In this document: positions 1 through 9,791 of the stretch, in pieces
How positions within the stretch are numbered: position 1 is the stretch's first letter
How the letters are laid out: the number at the start of each line of letters is the position of its first letter
From: an uncultured Candidatus Saccharibacteria bacterium
GTDB lineage: Bacteria > Patescibacteriota > Minisyncoccia > Phycocordibacterales > CAIZLB01
Direction: 5' to 3'
Assembly: GCA_964450605.1 (NCBI GenBank)
Contig: CAYVEK010000002.1
Coordinates: 87,681 to 151,680 of the forward strand
Length of the DNA: 64,000 nt
Notes under the pieces: model-generated
Databases searched by the model: none
What the model saw: only the letters and a program-made list of their open reading frames with translations
What the model was told of the DNA's origin: nothing
Position numbers and translations under genes: made by a program

Positions 1-1141
1 GTATATCCAATCTCCGCATGGACTTGGGATTGACTTATTCCTTCCATGTTATACTCAACAGGATCTTCAAGAGAAAGAACATTTTGACCTTCTCGATCTA
101 TCTCCATCAACATAGAATACAGCGTGGTTGTTTTTCCAGATCCTGTAGGGCCGGATATGAGTATAAGACCGTATGGTCTCTTGAGAGCTCGCTTAAGCAT
201 TTCCAAATGATCCGGCAACATACCCATAGAATCAAGTTTTTGAACACCTTTATCTTGATCCAAGATTCGCATCACAACTTTTTCTCCAAAATATGTAGGA
301 AATGTAGAAACACGAAAATCAATCTTTCTTCCGTCGGTACGAGCAGAAAAACGTCCGTCTTGTGGTTTTCGTTTTTCATCTAGCTTCATATCGCACAATA
401 TCTTGATACGAGCAACGAGAGCGTCGATAATATTTTTAGGAAGTTCAATACTTGTATTTAAAACACCGTCCACTCGATATCGAACTCGAACTTTTTCCCG
501 AAGTGGTTCGATGTGTATATCTGACGCACCTCCCTCTATGGCATATCGAAGAACTGTAGCCACGATCTTTTTAACAGGAGCGTCCTCAATAATATGTGTG
601 CCTGTATTTGAAGCTGATTCTGCAGTTTGGTCATTTTTAGTTGCGATAGTTTCAATACCTTCACCTATATCTCCAAACTCTTTTTCAAAATCAGACAGAG
701 CTTGATTAACTTCACCTGTTAAACCTTTATACATCTCAATACCCCTGTTGAAATCCTCTTCTGATATAAGATATATCTTATAGGTTATTCCACCCTTGGC
801 AGTTATAAAGTTTATAGCATCTCGCGCCTGTATGTTGTCAGGATCAACGAGTCCGACAGACAAAACACCACTTTTAATCTCAAGTGGAATGGCTTGATAA
901 TTTCGCGCAGCATCTTCGGGAATATAGTTAAGAATCTCATACGGTATGTTTTTATCTTCTATAAAATACGGCTCGAGATTCAGAAATTCAGCCTTAGCTT
1001 GAAGAATTTCATTTGACTTAATACCATACTCACGCAAAGCAGTCTCAAGAGGCTGACCCAACTCGACAGCCTTTTTCTCTAAAGCTTCAAGTGTGTCTTT
1101 GTCCAAAATATTCTTTTTTACAAGGATAGAGGCAAATGACA
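1..1141 (-). CDS. pilB: Type IV pilus assembly ATPase PilB/GspE family (partial; C-terminal part runs off the window start)
   Basis: Reverse-strand translation starts with ATG at 1139-1141 (MSFASILVKKNILDKD...). It has an N-terminal GspII-like region, and the Walker A motif GLILISGPTGSGKTTTLYS lies near residue 320, which is typical of PilB rather than PilT. The gene sits at the end of the pilMNOP cluster. Confidence 0.8.
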
Positions 1142-1150
1142 TGTTGTTTT

Positions 1151-1642
1151 TTAACGATTAACTTTTTTTGGCTGTACGACTGGTGGTTTTGGAGTTGTAG
1201 GAGTTGTTGTTGCGGTACTTGTACCCGTAGGAGCAACTTGCGGTGTTGAAGTTGAGACAACTTGTGTTCCTGTAGAGAGGCTTGCTTTTGAATTTAGACC
1301 TATAGGAAGAAATGGGTTTTCTCGACCGACTGGGAGCTTGTAATCAACTTCGAAAGGTTTATCTGGATAGTTTAGAGCCTGAAATGCTGGAGATTTAAAC
1401 AGACTAACATCTATCTTAACGGAATTAAGAGTAAGTATTCCGTTTACAAACTGTTTATCAAGTTTCAATTGTTCACTACTTGAGGCTGTTACAGGCTGAT
1501 CGGTTACTTTAACCAAACCTCCTGTTGATACATTTCTAGTCTGAGATGTATCTTTCTTAGATAAAACAAAATACCAGTATGCAAAGAATGCTATGACTAT
1601 AAGGACTAAGATTATGAGAATGTTTTTGTGTTTACTAAACAT
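1151..1642 (-). CDS. PilP-like pilus assembly protein: N-terminal TM, conserved GRENPF motif, Thr/Pro-rich tail
   Basis: 163-aa ORF with one N-terminal TM helix, the motif LPVGRENPFLP that resembles the PilP signature, and a low-complexity T/P-rich C-terminus. It lies between pilO and pilB. Confidence 0.5.
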   Translation of the reverse strand: MFSKHKNILIILVLIVIAFFAYWYFVLSKKDTSQTRNVSTGGLVKVTDQPVTASSSEQLKLDKQFVNGILTLNSVKIDVSLFKSPAFQALNYPDKPFEVDYKLPVGRENPFLPIGLNSKASLSTGTQVVSTSTPQVAPTGTSTATTTPTTPKPPVVQPKKVNR

Positions 1643-1650
1643 ATTTTTAT

Positions 1651-2274
1651 TTATTTAACATTATTTGAAGCGTCATATTTTAGCCAATATGTCTTTATAA
1701 CCATATTTATATTATATACAGGATCAGGATCGTTACCAGTTGGAGCATTAAAGTCTATAGAATCTATATCCATAATTCTCTTTGAGAACTCAATACGTCT
1801 CAAAAACTCCATAAAGTCTCCATATGTAAGACTTACAGAAAATGAAAGCGTTGCAACTCCGAGTTTAGAAGATTCTACTGACGCATCAGTTTGTACACCT
1901 GTTGATTGTACAATTTTCGGACTCTCAATAGATAGTTTTTTAACAGAACCTTCTGCTGATTTATATTGAGCAATTGTTCCCCTATCTGACACAACTGATT
2001 GCAATAAATTATCGAAATCAATAATCAATTTTACATTTTCGACGTTATCAGGAAGCATGGTTTTCATTTTTGCCCTATCTGCTTCTGATATACTGTTCTG
2101 TGCCTTGAGCAAGCTATCAATACGTGCATCGAGCTTTTTAGCATTATGTAGAGCTGTTTCGTATCTTTGAACCTCTACCTGTCGATCTTTAAGAGCTGCC
2201 AACTTATCAGCAGTAAAAAAGAAATATAGGAGTCCTGCTGCTATGAGAAGTATGATTGATAAAATCGTTTTCAT
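1651..2274 (-). CDS. pilO: PilO-like type IV pilus assembly protein
   Basis: 207 aa with an N-terminal TM helix followed by a coiled-coil region. It occupies the position after pilN in the operon. Confidence 0.55.
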   Translation of the reverse strand: MKTILSIILLIAAGLLYFFFTADKLAALKDRQVEVQRYETALHNAKKLDARIDSLLKAQNSISEADRAKMKTMLPDNVENVKLIIDFDNLLQSVVSDRGTIAQYKSAEGSVKKLSIESPKIVQSTGVQTDASVESSKLGVATLSFSVSLTYGDFMEFLRRIEFSKRIMDIDSIDFNAPTGNDPDPVYNINMVIKTYWLKYDASNNVK

Positions 2275-2282
2275 AATTTTGA

Positions 2283-2951
2283 CTATTGTTGTGTATTATT
2301 TGTCTTAGTTTCAGCTGTTGGTGCTGGACGAATAAGTGATGAGAAGTTTACAGCATTTTCGACAACTGTTGTATTTATATTAAACACGGCCAAATCCTGA
2401 CCTCTTGCCTTACTGAAATCACTAATACTTGTGTTTTTAAATGTTTTCTGTGCTACAACTTCTGAGAACTGTTTATCCTGTACAACTATAGATTCATATC
2501 CAACTCCCTGAGCTTTTAAACCTAAAGAAAATGTACCATCAGGCTTTCTTTTAAGAGAAAATCCTGTAAGAGAGACTCTGTCCAAAGTATTTCTTCCTAC
2601 CTCTGCAAACAATGGACGCACAGCAACATGGTTATCAAGAAGAGTTTTTAATATTTCCAATCTGTCATTTACTGCTTTTAAATCTTCTATGGTTTGAGCA
2701 TTGCTTCTTTCTTGGTACTTTGCCAAAGCTTTTTCGGCAGTAGTTTTATTTGAAACAGAAAGCTTATCGAGTGAAAATACTACCCCTGCAGCAACCAAAC
2801 TGCATATAAAAACAAAGAAAGAAATGAGAGTAAATAAACTTCCTCCACTAAATATAGAGCTACTTCTTTTTTGTATATGACCTTTGTCATCTACAACATT
2901 ATCAAGTGATGCTCTTGGTATAAATGATGTTGTTTGAAATCTTGTTTCCAT
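2283..2951 (-). CDS. pilN: PilN-like fimbrial assembly protein
   Basis: 222 aa with a single TM helix after a short cytoplasmic N-terminus. It sits immediately downstream of pilM. Confidence 0.55.
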   Translation of the reverse strand: METRFQTTSFIPRASLDNVVDDKGHIQKRSSSIFSGGSLFTLISFFVFICSLVAAGVVFSLDKLSVSNKTTAEKALAKYQERSNAQTIEDLKAVNDRLEILKTLLDNHVAVRPLFAEVGRNTLDRVSLTGFSLKRKPDGTFSLGLKAQGVGYESIVVQDKQFSEVVAQKTFKNTSISDFSKARGQDLAVFNINTTVVENAVNFSSLIRPAPTAETKTNNTQQ

Positions 2952-2975
2952 AATCTATGTTTAATTATATCAAAC

Positions 2976-4097
2976 TCAACCTTGCAATGCACGAAGTGCA
3001 AGGCCGATCGCAGCAGCAAAGGCTGTTCCAGATGCTAATAATGATTCTTGCAGAAATACAGGTGTCTCAAGTTTGGCAAAAGGTGCAGCTAATGAAACCT
3101 CACAGGCAAATGTTTTTTTGGCTATATCCATAAAACCGTATAAATTTGCCCCACCACCTGTTAACAGAATCTTCTGTACTGTTTTTCCAAACCTTTTTTG
3201 AAATTGGTTTATCATTGTACTCACTTCGCTGATGATATATTCTTGATGAATACTCATGAGTTCAATTATTTTATCTTGATCTGTTACATTTCCTTTACCA
3301 AGACTTCGTTTTAAATGTTCAGCTTGATCAAAAGTAACTCCAAGACCTTTAGATATAGAAAAAGTGATATCTTGTCCTCCTCTTGTAAGAATATGCGATG
3401 ATACGAGTATACCGTTGTCGACTATGTATGACTTTGTAGATGAGGCACCTAGATCAATAATCATGACTGGTGCATTTTCACCAGAAAGACACGCACGGGC
3501 CGTAGCAAATGCCTCTACTTCGAAAAAACTAGTCTGAAGAGCTGTTTCTTGAACTATGGTTGTATAGTTATTTAGAACTTGATTGTGTATAGCAACGAGC
3601 AAGACTTGTATCTTTTTAGACTTCTCTTCTTGTTGTTTTTTAAAGTCACTGTCAGACTCAACAAACTCCAAGCTTGTATCTCGAGGTGTTGGAATAACAA
3701 ACCAATCCATAGTCACCTCACTTATAGGAACAGGTATGTATTTTCGAGCTTCAAGAGGTATAACCGTTGCAAGTTCTGATTCAGCAACCGTAGGTATCTC
3801 AATAACACTTACCAAACTTAACTTGAGTGGTATAGCCATACCACCTTTCATAGTTGTTATTTCTGCCTCTTTGATAAGATCTTTTATAACATTGCAAATC
3901 TCAGAAGTTGTCATGTTCACAACTTGTCCAGTGGCAAGTTTACTGTATGGACCGAGACCTATCTCTCCATACGTTTCAAGTACAGCTTTTCCTTTTTTCT
4001 TTTTTACCTGAACTATTTTAAGCGAAGAAGATCCAATGTCTATACCAATGACACTGGTTTCTGGTGCTGAAAAAATATTTTTAGTAAAAAAAGACAT
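2976..4097 (-). CDS. pilM: Type IV pilus assembly protein PilM (actin-like ATPase fold)
   Basis: 373 aa. The N-terminal motif VIGIDIGSSSLKIVQV and the later EARKYIPVPISEV are typical of PilM. Confidence 0.8.
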   Translation of the reverse strand: MSFFTKNIFSAPETSVIGIDIGSSSLKIVQVKKKKGKAVLETYGEIGLGPYSKLATGQVVNMTTSEICNVIKDLIKEAEITTMKGGMAIPLKLSLVSVIEIPTVAESELATVIPLEARKYIPVPISEVTMDWFVIPTPRDTSLEFVESDSDFKKQQEEKSKKIQVLLVAIHNQVLNNYTTIVQETALQTSFFEVEAFATARACLSGENAPVMIIDLGASSTKSYIVDNGILVSSHILTRGGQDITFSISKGLGVTFDQAEHLKRSLGKGNVTDQDKIIELMSIHQEYIISEVSTMINQFQKRFGKTVQKILLTGGGANLYGFMDIAKKTFACEVSLAAPFAKLETPVFLQESLLASGTAFAAAIGLALRALQG

Positions 4098-4110
4098 ACG
4101 ATTACTCTAA

Positions 4111-4983
4111 TCATATCGCACTCTTTAATTCTCGCAAAGCTATAGCGACCTGTTCTTCTTTTTTAGGAGCACCTATAACATCACTTATACCTGGTGGAGT
4201 CCCATGCCATTCAAATCTATTTTCCATATAACTCACACCTTTGCCTGGAATAGTTTTTGCAATAATGATTGAAGGTTTTTCCGTTTCTTTTTTTGCCACG
4301 TCTATCGCACGTATCAATGCTTCTATATCATGCCCGTCAACTTGTTGTACATGCCAGTTAAACGCCTCCCATTTTTTATCTAGTGGATCCAAAGGCATCA
4401 CATGTTCGGTATTTCCATCTATTTGTATGTAATTACGATCAACTATGGCGATAAGATTCCCCAACTTTTCACGTGGAGCAAGCATAGCCGCTTCCCATAT
4501 CTGCCCTTCATCATGTTCTCCGTCTGACAATATACTATATATATAACGTGGATAATTTGAGCCAAATTCTCTTTTATCCGCTATAGCCATTCCTACTGCC
4601 TGAGAAAGTCCTGACCCAAGCGGACCCGAACTAGTCTCAAGTGCTGGTAAAAATTCTCTGTGTGGATGACCTTGCAATATAGAACCGAATTGTCGCAAAT
4701 TCATAAGTTGATCTAGAGAAAAATATCCTGCATGACCCATAGTTGCATACAATACTGGACATGTGTGGCCATTTGAAAGAACAAGACGATCCCTTTCTGG
4801 TGCAAACGGATGTTTAGCATCATGCCTCATTACCCCAAAATATAATGTCGCAAATATATCAGCTAAACCAAGAGGTCCTCCCGAGTGTCCTGATTTTGCT
4901 TTTGCGAGCATTTCTATAATAGATATTCTTATATCTCGAGCTTTTGTTTTTATATGTAATAAAGTATCAGAGTTAAGTGACAT
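4111..4983 (-). CDS. tkt: Transketolase, N-terminal (TPP-binding) subunit of a split transketolase
   Basis: 290 aa; the region SGHSGGPLGLADIFATLYF...NGHTCPVLYA...ILSDGEHDEGQIWEA matches the transketolase N-terminal section. No C-terminal subunit gene is adjacent. Confidence 0.85.
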   Translation of the reverse strand: MSLNSDTLLHIKTKARDIRISIIEMLAKAKSGHSGGPLGLADIFATLYFGVMRHDAKHPFAPERDRLVLSNGHTCPVLYATMGHAGYFSLDQLMNLRQFGSILQGHPHREFLPALETSSGPLGSGLSQAVGMAIADKREFGSNYPRYIYSILSDGEHDEGQIWEAAMLAPREKLGNLIAIVDRNYIQIDGNTEHVMPLDPLDKKWEAFNWHVQQVDGHDIEALIRAIDVAKKETEKPSIIIAKTIPGKGVSYMENRFEWHGTPPGISDVIGAPKKEEQVAIALRELKSAI

Positions 4984-4988
4984 AAATT

Positions 4989-5477
4989 TTATTTTTTAAG
5001 TTGAGCTATAGCAAACACATTATAATCTTGAGAGTTAACAATCATGAGATACCTATACGATCCTAGATTAAAATTTTCCGGTACTACGACTGAATAACCT
5101 TTATATGTATATGAAGGGGTTATGTATCCGAAATCGACATAATTTGTCTGATTTGAAACATTAGGAGTGTCCGCAAGCCACAAAGACCAGTTTCCTTGTG
5201 GAACCACCATATTTTCTGTTGTTAGAGACAAAACACTGTCAATTTGAGTTACACCAACTTTTCCAAATGTTTTATTAACACCTTGCGGATTACGAATAAC
5301 AAAAGTACCAAACACAGGATTTCCAGGAGTCAAATATGTTGAACCTACCTGAATCGGAGTTTTTACGGGGCCTATGGCAATATTACCAACACTAGACACT
5401 ACTGAAGGTAGATTTACCAACAATAGCAACATAACTACTATTAAAAATAGACCTATAAGCTTTTTCAGAATTCCCAT
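4989..5477 (-). CDS. Hypothetical secreted or membrane-anchored protein
   Basis: 162 aa with an N-terminal hydrophobic signal/anchor (LIGLFLIVVMLLLLV). No recognisable domain. Confidence 0.4.
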   Translation of the reverse strand: MGILKKLIGLFLIVVMLLLLVNLPSVVSSVGNIAIGPVKTPIQVGSTYLTPGNPVFGTFVIRNPQGVNKTFGKVGVTQIDSVLSLTTENMVVPQGNWSLWLADTPNVSNQTNYVDFGYITPSYTYKGYSVVVPENFNLGSYRYLMIVNSQDYNVFAIAQLKK

Positions 5478-5543
5478 ATCGTCAATTATAACATATACTT
5501 ATATACATACCGCAATTATTATTAAATATAATCTTTTAAACAT

Positions 5544-6083
5544 ATGAACATACGAACACTTACAGTATTTACACTAGCTTTCGCATTTGCAGCAACACCT
5601 TTGTTAGCTGAAGAGCGTGAGGGTAGACAAGATCGAGGAGGAATGATAGAGCGACGAGATGCTCGAATAGAACGAGTGGACAAAAAAATGGATAAACTAG
5701 AGGACCGAATGGAGAAAGGTGAAAAACGAGGTTTGGGTAAAAATGGAAATGCATCTTCAACAATAGATGCAACATGTGCTAAAGCAGCTATCGATGTTCG
5801 AAGTAGTGCTATATTAACAGCATTTAATACACACAATACAACAATATCTGCATTGATAGCTTCAAGTACTATCGGTGAAAAAGCTGCTTTTGACCTTGCA
5901 ACAAACGGAGAGCGACAGAAAGCATTGCGAGCAGTTCGACAAGCGCTAAAGATGGGACGAATGCAGGCTCGAAAGACTATGATGGAAGCTGAGAAAACAG
6001 CATTCACAACTTTCAAAACTTCAATGAAAGCATGTGGAGCAAACGGTAATGATGTTGAGAAAGGAGAACCTCTAGTTAACTAA
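5544..6083 (+). CDS. Hypothetical secreted protein with a charged, coiled-coil-like N-terminal region
   Basis: 179 aa with a signal peptide (MNIRTLTVFTLAFAFAATPLLA). It is followed by an intrinsic terminator at 6119-6141, which is why I prefer it over the overlapping antisense ORF. Confidence 0.45.
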   Translation: MNIRTLTVFTLAFAFAATPLLAEEREGRQDRGGMIERRDARIERVDKKMDKLEDRMEKGEKRGLGKNGNASSTIDATCAKAAIDVRSSAILTAFNTHNTTISALIASSTIGEKAAFDLATNGERQKALRAVRQALKMGRMQARKTMMEAEKTAFTTFKTSMKACGANGNDVEKGEPLVN

Positions 6084-6118
6084 ATTGATATAGATATCTG
6101 TATAAGATATGAAAATAC

Positions 6119-6141
6119 CACCACCTTAGGTGGTGTTTTTA
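6119..6141 (+). terminator. Rho-independent terminator (caccacc-tta-ggtggtg plus T-run)
   Basis: Perfect 7-bp stem followed by TTTTT. Confidence 0.6.
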
Positions 6142-6161
6142 TTATGTTATACTAATGAGAT

Positions 6162-6839
6162 ATGAAAGTCTGGATGATGATTATATTTGTATTAGTGATT
6201 TTAGGTGTTATTTATGTATATAAACCAGTAAGCCATTTTGGGGCAAAACTACTTATCAAACACGCTGGTGGAAAAAAGATCGCTCTCACTTTTGACGACG
6301 GACCCATACCTGCAACCTCCAAGCTACTCGACATGCTTGACGAAGTTGGGGTTAAAGCTACTTTTTTTGTCATAGGAGAAGAGTTATCTCGTCGCGGAGA
6401 ATTAACAAAAAAAGCATTTGATAAAGGTCACTCCATTGGGAACCATTCATGGGATCACCCTCATATGCTCGGCTGGCGCTCCGAATCTTTTATGAAGGAA
6501 CAGATTGAGAAAACAAATACCGAACTAGCTAAACTAGGAATAAAACCCAAATCTTTTCGATCTCCATTTGGAGAAACATCTTGGAGACTAACATCAATGC
6601 TTGAAAAGCATGGAAGTATGAAATACGTAGGCTGGACAGTGTCGAGCAAAGATTGGAAGCTTGATTACACAGCCGAAAAAATACATAAACTTTTTTCAAA
6701 TATAAAAGAAAATGAGGTTATATTACTTCATGACCGTGCATATGAAAAACCAGAACATCTAGAAGCTTTAAAAGAAGAGATACTTCGCCTTAAAAAAGAA
6801 GGTTTCTCTTTTGTAACTATCGACCAACTTCTTCCTTGA
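6162..6839 (+). CDS. Polysaccharide deacetylase (NodB homology domain, CE4 family)
   Basis: Motifs LTFDDGP and GNHSWDHP are typical of the NodB domain. An N-terminal TM helix is present. Confidence 0.8.
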   Translation: MKVWMMIIFVLVILGVIYVYKPVSHFGAKLLIKHAGGKKIALTFDDGPIPATSKLLDMLDEVGVKATFFVIGEELSRRGELTKKAFDKGHSIGNHSWDHPHMLGWRSESFMKEQIEKTNTELAKLGIKPKSFRSPFGETSWRLTSMLEKHGSMKYVGWTVSSKDWKLDYTAEKIHKLFSNIKENEVILLHDRAYEKPEHLEALKEEILRLKKEGFSFVTIDQLLP

Positions 6840-7530
6840 GTTCAGATAAGTTATCACTTGCATTTCCCTGTCCAAACACTGCAGAACCAACAACTGCAGC
6901 ATCCACACCTGCGGATTTAACATCGTGTATGTTGTCCAAATGTATTCCTCCATCCATTTGTATTGTTATGTTTGGATATTTTTCTTTCAGATCTGCAACA
7001 TGTGGCAACCATCTATCATCAAAAGATACACCTTGCTCCCCCACGTGTTCTATGGACATGCACTGAAAAAGCTTAACAGAACCTGAGTGTAATAGATCTT
7101 CTATACGAGCCTTATCAGTAACCCACTCATCATATGTACACGCGATGCCAACATCAGTCAGGAGAGCTGTAGTATCCTCTATGGCCTTAAGTAAACCAGC
7201 CTGTGTGCCGAATGCTGTCGGATGAAATATAAGAACACTTGCACCAAGGCGTGCATACACTTCTATGTACTCATATGCATCTTTAATCATCAGATCAAAC
7301 TGATAATCAACATCGTCCCATCGTGGCAATCCTATATCTTCAGTTAGAAGCTGATCAACGTGAAAATCTCGTGTTATATCTGCTCCACGAGTTGTGTACG
7401 GCCATGTCTTATGTGGTACATAAATACCATCGCAAATATCTACATGTATAGTTTCTGCTTGAGTAACAGAATTAACATGATCTTCTATAACATTAAATGA
7501 TTCTTCGAGAATCGCAGGAATGATTTTCAT
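6817..7530 (-). CDS. rpe: Ribulose-phosphate 3-epimerase
   Basis: MKIIPAILE...IHVDICDGIYVP...MDGGI...AGVDAAVVGSAVF matches the Rpe family pattern. It overlaps the 3' end of the convergent deacetylase gene. Confidence 0.75.
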   Translation of the reverse strand: MKIIPAILEESFNVIEDHVNSVTQAETIHVDICDGIYVPHKTWPYTTRGADITRDFHVDQLLTEDIGLPRWDDVDYQFDLMIKDAYEYIEVYARLGASVLIFHPTAFGTQAGLLKAIEDTTALLTDVGIACTYDEWVTDKARIEDLLHSGSVKLFQCMSIEHVGEQGVSFDDRWLPHVADLKEKYPNITIQMDGGIHLDNIHDVKSAGVDAAVVGSAVFGQGNASDNLSELKEEVGR

Positions 7531-7533
7531 TTT

Positions 7534-8004
7534 TTATTTATCTATTTTATTAATACGTCGAAGATGTCGCTCATCTTGAGAAAAAGATGTACTGAGCCAT
7601 ATATCAACAAGAGTTGTAAGCTCATCTTCATCTACAAAGCGTGCCCCTATAGATAACACATTTGCATCATTATGCTCTCGACTAAGTACGACTATCTCTT
7701 GAGCCTTTTCACCACCATAGCACACTACCGCTCGAACGTGAGGAAATCGATTTGCAACCATGGCTTCACCTTGACCTGATCCACCAAATATAACCGCCTT
7801 TTCTTCTCCTTTTGAATCAGAAACTGCACGAGCAGCTTTTGCTATATACTCAGGATAATCATCTCCTTCTGTATACACTTCCGCTCCGTGATCTATAACA
7901 AGACAACCTTTTTCAAGTAAAAAAGCTTTAACTTTTTCTTTATATTCAAATCCTGCATGATCTGTAGCGAGATGTATGGTTTTCATATCTTGGTTATAGC
8001 ACAT
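7534..8004 (-). CDS. rpiB: Ribose-5-phosphate isomerase B
   Basis: 156 aa. MKTIHLATDHAGFEYKEKV...CYGGEKA is typical of the RpiB/LacAB family. Confidence 0.85.
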   Translation of the reverse strand: MCYNQDMKTIHLATDHAGFEYKEKVKAFLLEKGCLVIDHGAEVYTEGDDYPEYIAKAARAVSDSKGEEKAVIFGGSGQGEAMVANRFPHVRAVVCYGGEKAQEIVVLSREHNDANVLSIGARFVDEDELTTLVDIWLSTSFSQDERHLRRINKIDK

Positions 8005-8007
8005 TTT

Positions 8008-9060
8008 TTACAAATCTTGCCCACCTGTAACTTTTTCAACTTTTGCTGACAAACCTGTCTCTTTATCAAAACTGTACTCACCTTTAAGTGCAAGAGTTAG
8101 CATATCAAGTCTGTCTTTTAATATCGCCTGACCTTCCGCTTCGTTTTCCGCATCTTTGGCAAAATGCGCAAGCACAGGATCTTGTATAGCTCGAGAATAT
8201 GAATATGTCATAGCAAATGGAAATGGACCAAGCTTCATAAGCTCTGATAGATTCATTGCTGCCTGAGTTGGAGTTTGTCCACCTGATAGAAATACTATAC
8301 CGCCGATATTTTTAGGAACAGTTGAAAGAAGGACATCTGCTGTGTGTTTTGCAACTTCTTCATGTGTAGCTGTTTCAACAGCACTTTTTCCAGAAAGCAC
8401 AAAAGATGTTTTGAGTATAACTCCTGTAATATCAACTTTATATAAAGCTAGTTCACCAAATAGATGCGTGAGTGTATTTTGTAATCGCTCGGCGCATTCA
8501 TATATAGAATGTGTTCCATCATATAACACTTCTGGTTCGATGATAGGTACCAAACCTGCTTGCTGTGCAAGTGATGCATAGAGCGCAAGGTTTCGCATAT
8601 TTGCCTCAACTCCACTGTCAGTAGAAGTCGTTACATCAACAACCGCTCGCCATTTTGTAAATCGTGCACCGAGTTTATAATATTCTTCAAGTCTTTCTTT
8701 TAGACCATCTAATCCTAGGGTTAGTTTTTCTCCTGTAAAGTTTGGCAAATCAACAAGACCTTTATCGACTTTGATACCTGGGACAATACCATGTTCAGTA
8801 CAATACTGTGCAAATGTTTTCCCCTTCTCTATCTCTTGTCTTAGAGTCTCATCATAAAATATAACTCCGCTTATATACTTCGATACATCTGGAGTTCCAA
8901 TAAGGAGTTTTCGGTACGCAAGACGATTCTCCTCTGTCTGTGCTATGCCAAGCGCTTCAAAACGCTTATGAATAGAGTTTGTGCTCTCATCAGCGGCCAA
9001 TAATCCTTTTCCTTCTGCAAATATCTGTTTGATTGTTTCGTGTAGTTTTTCTGTAGTCAT
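8008..9060 (-). CDS. fba: Fructose-bisphosphate aldolase, class I (eukaryote-type)
   Basis: GLLAADESTNSIHKRFEALGIAQTEENRLAYRKLL matches the class I FBA N-terminal signature. The protein is 350 aa. Confidence 0.85.
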   Translation of the reverse strand: MTTEKLHETIKQIFAEGKGLLAADESTNSIHKRFEALGIAQTEENRLAYRKLLIGTPDVSKYISGVIFYDETLRQEIEKGKTFAQYCTEHGIVPGIKVDKGLVDLPNFTGEKLTLGLDGLKERLEEYYKLGARFTKWRAVVDVTTSTDSGVEANMRNLALYASLAQQAGLVPIIEPEVLYDGTHSIYECAERLQNTLTHLFGELALYKVDITGVILKTSFVLSGKSAVETATHEEVAKHTADVLLSTVPKNIGGIVFLSGGQTPTQAAMNLSELMKLGPFPFAMTYSYSRAIQDPVLAHFAKDAENEAEGQAILKDRLDMLTLALKGEYSFDKETGLSAKVEKVTGGQDL

Positions 9061-9084
9061 AATATGACCATTATGGCATATTCT

Positions 9085-9777
9085 CTACTTCACCACCACC
9101 GCCTGATCTGTAACCCCAGGCACGAGGTTTATATGCTCCATAGCATCAGCCACCGTCCAGTATTCATCAGCTTTCCCATTCCATGGATCATGTATATAAA
9201 AACCTTCTGGATCTTTAGGGTCACCTTTAAAGCCTGTTATAAGTCGCGCGTGTTCCCCTTTAAAAGCCTTAACCTCAACACCAGCAGGCGTTGTCCAAGT
9301 GTACGGAGGTTCTGTTACAGATGTTGCACCCCAGATGATCACCGGATGTTTTTCTGATATCTGTTTTGCCAACCAGTCAGCAGTGATAGCTGTTCCTGTC
9401 GCATATTCCGCATCTCGTCCGTAAGCTTTTATAGCTTTAACCACAGGTAGACCATATGTTCCATAACCACCTTTTGGTTTGCCTGCAATATTTGCATGAC
9501 CAACAAATTGTTGTTGTGGATCATCCCAGATGTTTTTATCCCAGTCTTTAGCACGAGGTTTGTATCCGAACTTTAGTATGATAGACATATCACGCTGTAC
9601 AGAAATCTTGTAGTATGCAAGTGCCATACGAAGAGAAGCCGCCTCACAACTGTTTGCGAGTTGCTGTTTGTAGTACGGAACTTTTAGTTTTGTGACAGGA
9701 GTTGATTTTACAGCTGCGGATACAGAAAAAGAAAACAGTAGCAAAAATATGGCCGACAACTTTAATAGTTTTTTCAT
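9085..9777 (-). CDS. Secreted peptidase-C39-like (papain-fold) domain protein
   Basis: Signal peptide present; YYKQQLANSCEAASLRMALAYY resembles the C39_2 catalytic Cys region. Confidence 0.5.
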   Translation of the reverse strand: MKKLLKLSAIFLLLFSFSVSAAVKSTPVTKLKVPYYKQQLANSCEAASLRMALAYYKISVQRDMSIILKFGYKPRAKDWDKNIWDDPQQQFVGHANIAGKPKGGYGTYGLPVVKAIKAYGRDAEYATGTAITADWLAKQISEKHPVIIWGATSVTEPPYTWTTPAGVEVKAFKGEHARLITGFKGDPKDPEGFYIHDPWNGKADEYWTVADAMEHINLVPGVTDQAVVVK

Positions 9778-9791
9778 ATATATATTGTATG

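Noticed and set aside
18-705. Plus-strand ORFs 18..383 and 403..705
   Set aside because: They lie antisense to the well-supported PilB ATPase gene (the Walker A motif is on the minus strand). Their translations are low-complexity with no motifs.
5522-6016. Minus-strand 164-aa ORF overlapping the 5544..6083 plus-strand ORF
   Set aside because: The plus-strand ORF has a clean signal peptide and is followed by an intrinsic terminator. The minus ORF is Arg/Ser-rich shadow sequence.
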